64,000 nt of DNA. It comes from an uncultured Actinomycetota bacterium (lineage in GTDB: Bacteria; Actinomycetota; Actinomycetes; S36-B12; UBA10799). A model generated the notes under the pieces. That model did no database searches. It worked only from the letters and a program-made list of their open reading frames with translations, and was not told where the DNA came from. The stretch is taken from NCBI GenBank assembly GCA_963733395.1, contig CAVTCZ010000009.1:293436-357435 (forward strand), written 5' to 3'. Shown piece after piece: positions 51,335-62,734 of the stretch. The position numbers and the translations under genes are program-made. Every line of letters begins with the position of its first letter. The first letter of the stretch is position 1.

Positions 51335-52156
51335 CTACCGCCGGGCATCCTCCGACAGCCCGGACACCAAGCCCTTCATCTGCTTCTGGATGAACCGGAT
51401 CGCTGGGCGCGGCGCGATCCGGATCGCCAGGTTCATCAGGCGGGCGTCCTTGCCGACGAAGATGTACAGACGGTCCCGCTCGATGCCGTCGAGCATGATC
51501 GCGGCAGCGCGGGGGGCGCTGGTCATCGGCATCCGGGAGGCCTCCCCCGGCGTCGCCGGCATAGCCACTCCCGAGTTCTCGGTGATGTCGGTCTGGACCG
51601 CGCCCGGAATGATCACCGAGACTCGCACGCTCGTATCCAGGAGTTCGGCGTAGAGCCCCTCGGTCAGCAGTTTGACCGCGGCCTTGCTCGCCCCGTAGAT
51701 GCTCTGCCCCGGGAAGGGGAAGAACCCGCCCATGCTCGAAACATTCGCGATGTGGGCCTCGGGGCGCTCTGACAACACAGGCAGGAAGGCCTTGACCATG
51801 TGGATGGTGCCCATGAGATTCACGTCCAGAACCCGACGGATGTCCGCGTAGTCCAGGTCCTGAACTGCGACGAAGGGCTGGATGATCCCGGCGTTGTTGA
51901 TGAGTCCGTCGACCGCGCCGTGAGCGGCTTCGACGGCTTCCACCAGCGCCGCCACCGCCACTCGGTCGGTGACGTCGATGACGTGAGTGGACAATCGTTC
52001 GCCTGCGCCAGCAAGGGCCGCAGTCTCCGTCAACGCCTCGGGACGCACATCCACGGCAGCAACCCGCGCCCCCCGCTCAAGCAACTGCAGAACCAGCTCA
52101 CGGCCCATCCCACTGCCCCCGCCGGTGACCACCCAGGTCTTCCCGCTCACCTTCAT
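51335..52156 (-). CDS. Short-chain dehydrogenase/reductase
   Basis: TGGGSGMG, NNAG, YGASK. Confidence 0.93.
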   Translation of the reverse strand: MKVSGKTWVVTGGGSGMGRELVLQLLERGARVAAVDVRPEALTETAALAGAGERLSTHVIDVTDRVAVAALVEAVEAAHGAVDGLINNAGIIQPFVAVQDLDYADIRRVLDVNLMGTIHMVKAFLPVLSERPEAHIANVSSMGGFFPFPGQSIYGASKAAVKLLTEGLYAELLDTSVRVSVIIPGAVQTDITENSGVAMPATPGEASRMPMTSAPRAAAIMLDGIERDRLYIFVGKDARLMNLAIRIAPRPAIRFIQKQMKGLVSGLSEDARR

Positions 52157-52381
52157 CGGCACTCCTCCACATTCCCTGTTGCGACCTGGACGAAACCGCA
52201 GTGGCGTGCTGACCTGACGTCTCAGCAGCCCATCGCCGATACGAGCTCTGCGTAGACCTCCCGCAGGTCCCCAACACGGCTGGTGGGGCCATTCCGACAA
52301 TCATCCGTCTCACGCGACCCTCCCGTCCTCACCTCCAGCGTAAGAAGCGCCGGGGAAGGGCCGACTGTCGGGCTGCGGCGC

Positions 52382-52768
52382 TCAGCCTCCGATCACGACC
52401 CGGTGCTCGCCTTGCTCGACCCACTTCGCAACCGCCTCGGGCGACAGGCTGCGCTGGCCGCAGTCGCACCACGCAGGCAGCGAGTCCGGGGCATCCACTG
52501 CGGAGAGGTCCTCCAACAGGTCCACCCACTGGTCGATACGGCCCGCGTCGTGGCCGGTATCCACCCGGTCCCGTCGGCCGTGTGATCGGGCGCGGCGATC
52601 CGATACGTAAACCAGGCCCACCGAGGTCCGGTAGACCTTGGCGACATGGTGGGAGCGATCGCACTGGACGTCCAGAACGGTGCTGGACCGCTTGTCGTCC
52701 AGAGACTCGAACGCGGCGCGTGCCGCTGCCATCCGCGCCGAGTGGCTACCCCACGGTGAATCGCTCAT
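52382..52768 (-). CDS. Hypothetical protein (128 aa), possible Zn-binding
   Basis: RBS AAGGAG; CDRSHH and WCDCG. Confidence 0.7.
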   Translation of the reverse strand: MSDSPWGSHSARMAAARAAFESLDDKRSSTVLDVQCDRSHHVAKVYRTSVGLVYVSDRRARSHGRRDRVDTGHDAGRIDQWVDLLEDLSAVDAPDSLPAWCDCGQRSLSPEAVAKWVEQGEHRVVIGG

Positions 52769-52923
52769 GCTTCTCCTTGCCCGAACCCAGGTAATCCGAA
52801 GGCACGAAGTGGCCCCTCACGCATCATCGGTGATTCAGCGCCGCCTTGACCAGTCGTGGGGCAACAGGCAGGTCGCTCTGGCTCAGCCGAGACCTGCTCA
52901 GGCAGTTCCGTCCCGGAGTCCAA

Positions 52924-53025
52924 CTACTTCCGGCGCACCCGCTCGCAGTCACCCGCCACTCGATCGGACTTGTTCGCCAGGACCAGGTCTTTGCCCGCGC
53001 CGTACTTCACGACGTCACGGACCCC
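52924..53025 (-). pseudogene. C-terminal remnant of a hemolysin-type Ca-binding secreted protein
   Basis: GVRDVVKYGAGKDLVLANKSDRVAGDCERVRRK-stop; no upstream body. Confidence 0.45.
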
Positions 53026-53282
53026 ACTCCCGCCAATGTTGTGTGGTGGGAGCGGTTGGAAACCGACCTCGCACAACAGCAGTCAGTTGTCTTCTCGCCC
53101 GAACCCTCACCTCCAGAAGACTGAAACTGATCAAGGGTTCCCTCGGAATCTGGCCACGCCGCCAGACCTTCGTCAGACCTCGGGGCTAGGGGAATCCCGA
53201 GTGCGGCGGCCGGGATTGGAACATAAGCGGGCGCAGGTCGACAACCTCGTCGCTCACACTTGTGCACAACGCCACCCGAAAA

Positions 53283-53305
53283 TGTCGTACCCCTCTTCGT
53301 AGCGT
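53283..53305 (+). promoter_or_regulatory. RecA-NDp/PafBC-like DNA-damage promoter (near match)
   Basis: TGTCGT-N11-TAGCGT, 7 nt before ATG; consensus TGTCGG-N10-TAnnnT. Confidence 0.45.
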
Positions 53306-53312
53306 GGGGGGT

Positions 53313-54415
53313 ATGGAGGAGTTGGTGGTGGCGGCGGTCGAGGTGATGCTGCTGACTGACGCCGACCCGGTGGCGGTGGCGGCCGCGTCGGAGACGGTGA
53401 TCGCCTGGGCGCATGCCCGCCAGTTGGAGGCCATGGATCAGGTCGCCTGCGAGCAGCCGGCGTTGCTGGACCCGACCGGCCGGCTGGTCGACCCGGCCCC
53501 GGCCGAGATCGCCACCAGCCTGCACTGGTCCACCGGTGCCGCCGCCGCCCGGGTGGACCTGGCCCAGCAGTTGTGCGCGGAGCTGCCCGGTGTGCTGGCC
53601 GGGCTGCGGGAAGGCCGGATCGATCTGCCCAAGGCCCAGGAGATCGCTTATGGCACCTGCGAACTGGACCCGGGGGTGCGGGTGCGGCTGGCCGAGCAGG
53701 CGGTCGGCTACGCCGAGGGCCATACCCGCGCCCAGCTGCGGGCCTGGCTGACCCGCCGGGTCGCCGCGATCGACCCGGCCGCGGTGCAGCGCCGCCGCAA
53801 GAAAGCGGTCCGGGCCCGGCGGGTGTGGATCACCCCGGACACCGACGGCATGGCCACCCTCGGCGCCTACCTGACCGCGGAGGAGGCGCAGGCCTGCTGG
53901 AATGCGCTGGTCGCCGGCGCCGCGAACATCGAAGGCGGCATCGACCCGGCCCGCGCCGACCTGCTCGTGGCCCGCCTCACCGGCCTGGAACTCGGCCAAC
54001 CGGTCCCGGTGCAGGTGCTGCTCACCCCCGGCGGCCCGGAACTGGCCGGCCACGGCCCGCTCAGCCCCCACCACACCGCCGAACTGTGCCAGCACGCCCA
54101 GCTGATCGACCTCACCCCGGCCCGGGCCTCCCGCGGCTACCGGCCCGCACCCGGGCTGGCCCGCTGGGTGCGCGCCCGCGACCGGCACTGCCGCTTCCCC
54201 GGCTGCCGCCGGCCCGGCGATGCAATGCGATCTGGACCATGTGATCCCCCACCCCGCCGGGCCCACCAGCGAATCCAACCTGGCCGCGCTGTGCCGCTAC
54301 CACCACCGGCTGAAAACCCACACAGCATGGTCGGTGCGGATGCAGCCCGGCGCCACCCTGGAATGGACCAGCCCCCGCGGCCACATCTTCCACACCACCC
54401 TGCGACGACCCCTAA
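53313..54415 (+). mobile_element. DUF222 + HNH endonuclease (13E12/Rv1128c-like), frameshifts near 54215 and 54400
   Basis: AEIATSL, G.ID..KA, RARRV....DGMA, RDRHCRFPGC, CDLDH, NLAALCRYHHRLK, WTSP.G; likely true stop TAA 54413-54415. Confidence 0.85.
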
Positions 54416-54693
54416 CACCCCCCGCCGCCGCGCAAGCGGCACGCAGAATCGAACTTGTGCCAACGGCAGCTCCCCCGTCCCATGGTCATGGGTTCCTCCA
54501 TGCCGCGGATCCGCTCGGCAAGAGCCGGGCGCCAGCCTGTCGTGGGCGGGTCATCGACCCCGCCCGCACGGGCCATTGGCCGATCTTGCGCACATCACTC
54601 GTGTCAGCGTGGAATGATGGCGCTCAGGCAGCGTTGGCGGGCCTGGGACACCGCCTCATCGCGGTTCCCGGCATGCGCCGGGAGGGAGCGAAG

Positions 54694-55418
<725 letters not shown>

Positions 55419-55419
<1 letters not shown>

Positions 55420-57822
55420 TGTCCGGTCAACCCACCCTCCGCCGCAAGTTGCTGAGGGACATTCGACGCACATGGACGCTGTTCGCCGCCCTCGTGGTCG
55501 CGGTGGCGCTCGGCCTGGGCATGTACGCGGCGATGAACAACTCGTACTTGAACCTGCAGGAATCCTACGATTACGCATTCAGCCAGCAGGGTTTCCCGGA
55601 CCTCTTCGTCACGATCCCGGATGCTCAGCGCTATGCCGACCAGGTGGCGGGACCTCCGGGGTGGAGCGTGTGCGAACCCGGGTCCAGGCCGATCTGCCGA
55701 TGACGGCTAGCAAGAGCGGAGGTGACAACTACTCGATGGACGGCCGGATCGTCGGCTATCCAGAAACGGGCACGCCCGACGTCGCCTCCGTCACCTCCCT
55801 GTCCGGGGCAGCGAACCCCCGCCCGGGGCACGCCCTGGTGGAGGAGCATTTCGCCGACGAGTTCGGTCTGGAAGCCGGGGAACCGTCACGCTGACCACTG
55901 CCACGGGCCAGGTCGAGGTTCCCATCGATGGCGTGGTTGCCAGTGCCGAGTACTTCTGGCCGGCACCGAGCCGCCAGGTGGTCTTCACGCCCCCGGCGTC
56001 CTTCGGGGTGCTCTTCGTCACCGAGGACGATGCCGTTGCGTGGAGCGGGGCTGCCGCGAACCAGGCACTGGTGCTGCTGACCGACGCCGAACGCAGTGGT
56101 GACAACGCCTCGGCAACCCTGGACACTCTGCGAAAGAAGGCCCTGTCGGACGGCGCGTCGGACGTGTACGACCGCGCGGAGCAGCCCTCCAACTCCATCC
56201 TGCAGGAGGACATCGACAGCCTGCACCAGATGGCGGTCTACTTCCCGCTGCTCTTCCTGCTCGCCGCAGGCCTGGCCATCTACGTCCTGCTGTCTCGGCG
56301 GGTGGCCGAGGAGCGGCAGATCATCGGCACCCTGCGCGCCACCGGGGTCAAAGCCCGGCCACTGGGATGGCACTACCTGTCCTACGCGCTACTGGCCGGG
56401 CTGATCGGCGTGGCCATCGGCGTCCCGCTCGGCACGGCGTTGGCCGGGGCGCTGACCGACTACTACGCGGACATGATCAGCTTGCCGGCGTCCTTGACCG
56501 TGCGCGGCGGCCTGCGCGTGTCGACCGTCGTCATCGCGCTGGTGCTCGCGCTCAGCGCCACCGCGTTCGCGGCCTGGTGGCCGGCCCGTCGCGCGATGCG
56601 CATCATGCCCGCGGAGGCGATGCGCGGGGAGGTCCCGGCGACGACGCACAGCCGCAGCTGGATGGAGCGCATCGTCCCCGGCTCCCGCCACTTCTCCGCG
56701 AAGTGGCGACTGATCCTGCGCAACATCGGCCGCAGTGGTGCTCGCTCCGCGTTCACAGCGATCGGGGTGGCGCTCTCGATCATGCTGGTCCTGTCCACCA
56801 TCGGCCTGTACACATCGATGCTGAACCTCATCGACGTCGAGTTCGGCACGGTGATCCGCAACGACGGCCAAGTCGAGTTCGCAACCGCCGTCACCGACGA
56901 CCAGATGCGGCAGGTGAAGGCCGTCACCGACGTGACCGACGCCGAGACCGCCATCAGTGAACCGGTGTCCGTGGCCCACGGTTCGGATGTGTACGCCACC
57001 ACCCTCACCGGACTCGACAAACGCACGACCATGCACGGTTTCGTCACGAAGCGGGGCGACCCGGTCGAACTGCCGTCGACCGGATTCCTGGTCGACGAGT
57101 CCGTGACTGTGCAACTGCCGGATCTCTCCGTGGGAGACGAGATCACGGTCACCCTGACCGGGACCGGTCTGGACGACACGAAGATCAAGGGGAAGGTCGA
57201 GGCGTTCGCGTTCGAACCCCTCGGCGCCTATGTCTACGCCGACAAGTCCTGGCTCGCCGAGCAGGCTCCCGACGCCCAGGCCTCCGACGTGCTGCTCACG
57301 ACCGAGGACGGCGCGGACCAGGCCACGGTCCGCAAGGAGGTGTCGAAGATCCCGGGGGCGCTGGTATACGTGGACACCGCAGCCCTCGAGGACACCGTCC
57401 TGCAGTACGAAGCCCTGTTCAACGCGATCGCCATCGTCATGATGGTCCTCGGCGCGATCATGGCGTTCGCCATCATCTTCACCACGATGAGTGTCAGCAT
57501 CTTCGAGCGGTACCGGGAGATCGCGACGTTCCGGGCAGCGGGCGTGAAGTTCTCCACCATCGCGTCCACCGTGCGGTGGGAGAACATCATCGTCTCCCTG
57601 TTCGGGGTGATCCCCGGCCTGATCCTGGGGGTGATCGGCGCCAGCGCGCTGGCGCGGTCACTGTCCAGCGACGAGTACACCCTCGCCCTGTCGTTGTCGT
57701 GGCCGGCCGTGCTGCTGGTGGTGCTGGGAGTGCTGCTCGTGGCCTTGTTCTCGCAGTTCCCCGGCATGCTCCGGGTGCGGCACATGAGTGTGGCGGATGT
57801 GGTGCGGGAGCGGGCACAGTAG
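55419..57822 (+). CDS. FtsX/MacB-like ABC permease, frameshifts near 55655 and 55885
   Basis: RKLLRDIRR, ERQIIGTLRA.G, LRNIGR, ERYREIATFRA.G. Confidence 0.88.
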
Positions 57823-57863
57823 GGGCCGCCCATGACGTGTACGTCCACGCCGGTGCGACTACC

Positions 57864-58325
57864 TCACCCGAGTTTCAACGTCACTGCCTTGGTCACCTCA
57901 GCACCCCCAGCAGGCTGGAAGGTGAGCCGCAGAGTCGCCTTGCCCGGCTTCGGCTTGCCGAATACCTTGATCCGAGCACGATGCTCGGCGCCACACAGGA
58001 TCCCTGCAAGACGACGAAGGTCAAAGATCCCTACAGCGACAAAGCGATGCGCAAGGCCGCTGGGTCGAAGGGGACCAAGACCACGGCGGCTGGCGACATG
58101 TCCATGCAGTATCCGACGTCGCTGGACATCGGGGGCAAGGGAGTCTGGCTGCCGATCAACCTGGATTCGACGGCACCGTCGGGCTACGTCCAGATCGAGC
58201 TCACGCAGGGGCCGAAGGATCTGGCCGCGATTGGTGGCGGGACCCCTGCCGGCGAATCCGGCCCGGCCGTAACCGCCGAAATCGCCAATGTAGTGAAGCC
58301 GAACATGACGACCACCTCCGGACAC
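57864..58325. pseudogene. Scrambled gene: C-terminal part on -, middle part on +
   Basis: - strand ARIKVFGKPKPGKATLRLTF...TLKLG-stop (57864-57990); + strand QDPCKTTK...GYVQIELTQG... (57991-58279). Confidence 0.5.
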
Positions 58326-58529
58326 CTACAACGCTACTCCTGCCCCAGGGGCGGGAGACCCGCCGACTGCAGCAGTTGCTCCGTTGAGGGTACGAATCGG
58401 GGTGCTCATACGACCCCTTTAGGACGACAACCGCCACCAAGGCACCTGGCGGTGTTGTCCCGCTAGGATGCCCACGGATGAAAGGGGTGAGGCGTTGAGC
58501 GACTACAGCGGTTTGGTGATCGCCGGGAT

Positions 58530-59369
58530 CGTGGCACCCTCATCCACGAGCTGAGCCATTTCACCGTCCTCGGCGGAACCCAGGACTATGTGTATGGGCA
58601 AACCGGGGCGAAGAACCTGGCTGTCACCAATCCGGCCCAGGCGGCGATGAACGCGGACAGCCACGAGTACTTCGTGGAGAACACACCCGTCACCGCCGAC
58701 GGCCCCGCCTACACCCTGAGTACGACGTCGTTGGACTTCGGTGAACAGACCGCGGGATCGACGAGCGCACCGCGTTCGGTGACGCTGACGAGTACGGGCG
58801 ATGCCAACCTCGTCATCGGGGCGCTTATCGCAAGCGGGGAGTTCGGACTGGCAAGCGACACCTGCACAGGGGCGACAGTGCCGCCAGCAGGCACGTGCAC
58901 CTTCGCTGTGGCTTTCCAGCCGACTGCGCCCGGCGACCGGGCCAACTCGATCACCATTCCCAGCGACGCCGCACGGACGACCAACACCGTTTCGCTGCAG
59001 GGCACTGGAACCGCCGTTCCTACTCCCCCGCCGCCACCGCCCATCGCGCCAGCGGCTGAGCCCAGCCCGCGTCCCCGACTCCGACCCCCGCCCCCCCGCA
59101 AGTCCACAGTGGCAACACTTCGGGCAAAGGCTGGCAGGAGCAGGCTCCTGGTGAAGGTCGAGCCGAGTGTCGGCCCGACCCGGCAATGGCAGTTCCGGAT
59201 CCAGACCAAGTCGGGCAAGAAGTGGAAGGCCGTCGGCAAGGTGTACCGGACTTCCGGTAAGGCCAATACCCGGATCATCGACCTGCGCAAAGGCGTCTAC
59301 CGGGTCCAGGTCACGGCGACCGATGGCTACGAGACTTCCTTCTCGAACAGCGTGAAACTCAAGCGGTGA
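58530..59369 (+). pseudogene. 5'-truncated M35 aspzincin metalloendopeptidase + ASH/choice-of-anchor D Ig domain + basic C-terminal domain
   Basis: In frame with 58590 ORF: GTLIHELSHF...GTQDYVYG...NADSHEYF; in-frame stop at 58488 and no start before HExxH. Confidence 0.72.
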
Positions 59370-59383
59370 CCGGCGATGTCGTG

Positions 59384-59740
59384 TCAGTGCGATGACCGGG
59401 GTTCGAGCCCAACCACGGCGGTCTCGTCAGGCCGCAGCGTGGCGCAGCCGTCGAGGTTCTTGTCGATCGTCCGCCATTTCCGCCAGAGGCGTTCCCGCTC
59501 TTCACCGACAGCAGCGTGACCTCCGCACTTCGCGCCGTCCATCGCGAAGGTCGACCACTGCGTCCGGGTTGGCCGGCAGGTTGAGCCACCAGGCGGGCTC
59601 ACCGGCGCCCACTTGCCAGGGCGTGGGGCCCAGCGCCCCTTCCTCCCCCGGGTCACCCGGTAGATCCCGCGATGCACGTGCCAGGCGGTGACGACGAACC
59701 AGCGGGCTGGCACACGTGCCTTGCTTTCCTGGGTGGCCAT
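59384..59740 (-). pseudogene. Deazaflavin-dependent nitroreductase (DDN/FDOR-A) remnant with internal deletion and frameshifts
   Basis: AWHVHRGIYR..RG; PAWWLNL.ANP in another frame; A.GEERERLW; central LTT.GR.SG segment missing. Confidence 0.7.
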
Positions 59741-59839
59741 GGTTGCCCGGCCCTTCACGAGACCGGACCTCAACACTTGCCACCACCGGCAGTGACAGAC
59801 TGGGAGTCGCGCACCGCCCGAGCAACCTGGAGCAACCGC

Positions 59840-60868
59840 ATGGATCTCGCCATCTACCTGGCCTACGCACCCTGGGTCCGACTCGACGAGCAACTCCAGT
59901 TGGCCCATCTCGCCGACGAACTCGGCTTCCACAGCGCCTGGGTGGCCGAGACCTGGGGACAGGACGCGACCGCCGTCCTCGCAGCCCTGGCGGCCACGAC
60001 GGAAAGGATCCGCCTGGGAGCCGCGATCATGCAGATTCCGGCCCGGCAACCGACCACCACGGCTTCGGCGATCTCGACCATCGACCAGTTGTCCCACGGC
60101 CGCGCGATGCTGGGGCTCGGACTGTCCGGACCGCAGGTCTCCGAAGGCTGGTACGGCGTACCGTTCGTGTCCCCGTTGGGCCGGACCCGGGAGTACATCG
60201 ACATCGTGCGCATGGCACTGGCGCACGAGAAGGTCGAGTACCAGGGCAAGTACTGGCAGTTGCCGGTGCACGACGCCGGCCTCGGGCTCGGCAAGCCGCT
60301 GAAGATGATCGGCCGGCCTGTCCAGGAGAACATCCCGATCTACCTGGGAGTCATGGGAGAGAAGACCGTCAAGCAGGCCGGACAGATCGCCGATGGCTGG
60401 CTGCCCGCCTTCTACAGCCCTGAGCACGCCGAGGAGTTGAACCGCCCGCTGCTCGACGGAATCGCGGCCGCGGGCCGGTCGCGCGCTGATGTCAACATCT
60501 CCCCCACCGTGCCGGTCGCACTGGCCGACACCCGCGAAGCCGCCCGCGACCTGCTGCGGCCGATCCTGACCTGGTACTTCGGGGCGATGGGGGCGAAGGA
60601 CAAGAACTTCTACATCGAGTTGGCCACCCGGTACGGCTTCGGCGACGTCGCCACAGCCTGCCAGGCGGCATTCCTCGCAGGCGACCACCTGGGCGCTGCC
60701 GCCACCCTCACCCCGGAAGTGATCGACCTGGCCGCGATCGCCGCGACTCCCGCGACGCTGGAGGGCCAGCTCGCCGCGTATGCGGACGCCGGGGTCGACA
60801 CCCTGATCGCGCTGCCCTTCGGGGACCGTCCGCAACTGCTGAAGACGCTGTCCGGGTATTTGCCGTAG
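59840..60868 (+). CDS. LLM-class F420-dependent oxidoreductase
   Basis: WVAETWG.DA, MQIPAR.P, LGLGLSGPQVSEGWYG, ADGW. Confidence 0.92.
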   Translation: MDLAIYLAYAPWVRLDEQLQLAHLADELGFHSAWVAETWGQDATAVLAALAATTERIRLGAAIMQIPARQPTTTASAISTIDQLSHGRAMLGLGLSGPQVSEGWYGVPFVSPLGRTREYIDIVRMALAHEKVEYQGKYWQLPVHDAGLGLGKPLKMIGRPVQENIPIYLGVMGEKTVKQAGQIADGWLPAFYSPEHAEELNRPLLDGIAAAGRSRADVNISPTVPVALADTREAARDLLRPILTWYFGAMGAKDKNFYIELATRYGFGDVATACQAAFLAGDHLGAAATLTPEVIDLAAIAATPATLEGQLAAYADAGVDTLIALPFGDRPQLLKTLSGYLP

Positions 60869-60882
60869 CGGGCCTCCGCACC

Positions 60883-62004
60883 ATGTCCAGTGTGTTGAAG
60901 CGTCCACCCCGCTCGTCGGGCGCCCTCGTGGTCCTCGGCGGGTACGGCAACGCCGGCCGGCCTATCGTCGAACTGCTGCTGCGACACACCGATCGTCCCG
61001 TCGTGGTTGCCGGTCGCAACATCGCCCGGGCTGAGGCCTTCGTGGCTTCCCTCGGCGATCCGCGGCTCAGCACCGCACATGCCGACGCCACGGATGCTGC
61101 CACCCTCACCCCCCTGCTCACCGGGGCCGAGGTCCTCGTCGTCGCGGCAGGCACTTCGGCTTCCTGGCGGACGACGGCGCAGGCGGCCCTGGCTGCTGGC
61201 TGCCACCAACTCGACATCCAGATCGGGTCGGCGAAGAACGCCGGACTGCGGGCGCTCGACGGCCGTGCGCGCGAGGCTGGCGTCTGCATCATCACGGACT
61301 GCGGCTTCCACCCAGGGGTTCCCGCCGCCATGGTGCGCGCGGTCGCCTCCGGGCACTCGCAACTGACCAGCGCCGTGGTGAGCAGCTGGATCGCGCTGGA
61401 CTGGGCCTCGTTGGGGGTCTTCTCCGACAGCACGGTCGCTGAGATGGTCCAGGAGTTCGCCGACTACCGGTTCGAGGCCCTCATCGACGGCCGCTGGACG
61501 GCGCCGCATGGAACTCGCGCGGTGGTGTTCCCGCCGCCGGTCGGACGCCAGCAGGTGGCGGCCATGGGCCTCGACGAGATGCATGCGGTCGCCGACGCCC
61601 TCCCCGGCCTGCGCGAATCCGGTTTCTACGTCGGCGGGTTCCCGAACGCGGTGAACTACGGCGTCCTGCCGCTGGTCTATGCCGGCATGCGGGTGGCCCC
61701 ACGGAGGGCGGCCAAGCCGCTGGGCCGATTGCTGGACTGGGGGCTTCGGCGTTTCAGCAGGCCTCCCTACGCGACGATCCTGCAACTCGATGGGGCTGAG
61801 CCTGGCGGGGTGCCACGCCCGCTCATGCGCCTGCGCCACGACGACGCCTACCTGCTCACCGCGGCCCCGGTCGTGGCGACCATCCGGCAACTGCTGACAG
61901 GTCCTCCCCGGCCGGGCGTGCACTTGCAGGCGATGTATGTGCAGCCGTCGGCGTTCTTCGCCGACCTCGACGCGATGGGGGTGGACGTCTGGAAGCAGGG
62001 GTGA
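60883..62004 (+). CDS. Saccharopine dehydrogenase-like oxidoreductase
   Basis: VLGGYGNAG, VAGR, CGFHPG. Confidence 0.82.
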   Translation: MSSVLKRPPRSSGALVVLGGYGNAGRPIVELLLRHTDRPVVVAGRNIARAEAFVASLGDPRLSTAHADATDAATLTPLLTGAEVLVVAAGTSASWRTTAQAALAAGCHQLDIQIGSAKNAGLRALDGRAREAGVCIITDCGFHPGVPAAMVRAVASGHSQLTSAVVSSWIALDWASLGVFSDSTVAEMVQEFADYRFEALIDGRWTAPHGTRAVVFPPPVGRQQVAAMGLDEMHAVADALPGLRESGFYVGGFPNAVNYGVLPLVYAGMRVAPRRAAKPLGRLLDWGLRRFSRPPYATILQLDGAEPGGVPRPLMRLRHDDAYLLTAAPVVATIRQLLTGPPRPGVHLQAMYVQPSAFFADLDAMGVDVWKQG

Positions 62005-62062
62005 CTGCGTCGGCATCGATCCGCGCAGACACGGCGGCACCCGATCCTGCGACACTGAGCGC

Positions 62063-62734
62063 ATGGCTCTGGCGGAGGCGTTGACGTTCCACGATGTCGT
62101 CTTCGAGCGCGCCGGGCACCGCATCCTCGACGGCGTCAGTGACCATATCCATCGGGGCGAAACCACCGCCGTGGTGGGATCCAGCGGATCCGGCAAGTCG
62201 ACGTTCCTGCGCCTGCTCAACCGCTTCGAGGAGCCGACTGAGGGCAGCATCCTGCTCGAGGGGCGGCCATTGGACTCCTACGATGTGCACGCACTGCGTC
62301 GTCGGGTCGGCCTCGTCGCGCAACGCCCCACGATGCTGTCCGAGACAATCGGCCAGGAGATCCGCGTGGGTCGTCCCGAACTGGATGATGAAGCGGTGGT
62401 CCGACTCCTGGAACGGGTTGCCCTGCCTGACGTAGCACTCCAGGCCTCGACCTCAACCCTGTCGGGCGGTGAGCAGCAGCGGGTCGCCTTGGCCCGCACG
62501 CTTGCTCTTGATCCGGAGATCCTGCTGCTCGACGAACCGACCAGCGCCCTGGACGACCGCTCAGCGGAGGCGGTGGACCGGATCATCCGATCGTTGGTCG
62601 CGGACGGACTCACAGTGGTGTTGGTCAGCCACGACGTGGACCGCGTCGTGCACTTGGCCGACAGTGTTCTGGTCCTGCACGAGGGTCGCCTGGTCGAGCG
62701 CGGCGACCCGGGCGACGTGCGGTACCTGTCGTGA
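62063..62734 (+). CDS. ABC ATPase (FetA/YbbL-like)
   Basis: GSSGSGKST, LSGGEQQR, DEPTSALD; GTGA-coupled to the permease. Confidence 0.9.
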   Translation: MALAEALTFHDVVFERAGHRILDGVSDHIHRGETTAVVGSSGSGKSTFLRLLNRFEEPTEGSILLEGRPLDSYDVHALRRRVGLVAQRPTMLSETIGQEIRVGRPELDDEAVVRLLERVALPDVALQASTSTLSGGEQQRVALARTLALDPEILLLDEPTSALDDRSAEAVDRIIRSLVADGLTVVLVSHDVDRVVHLADSVLVLHEGRLVERGDPGDVRYLS

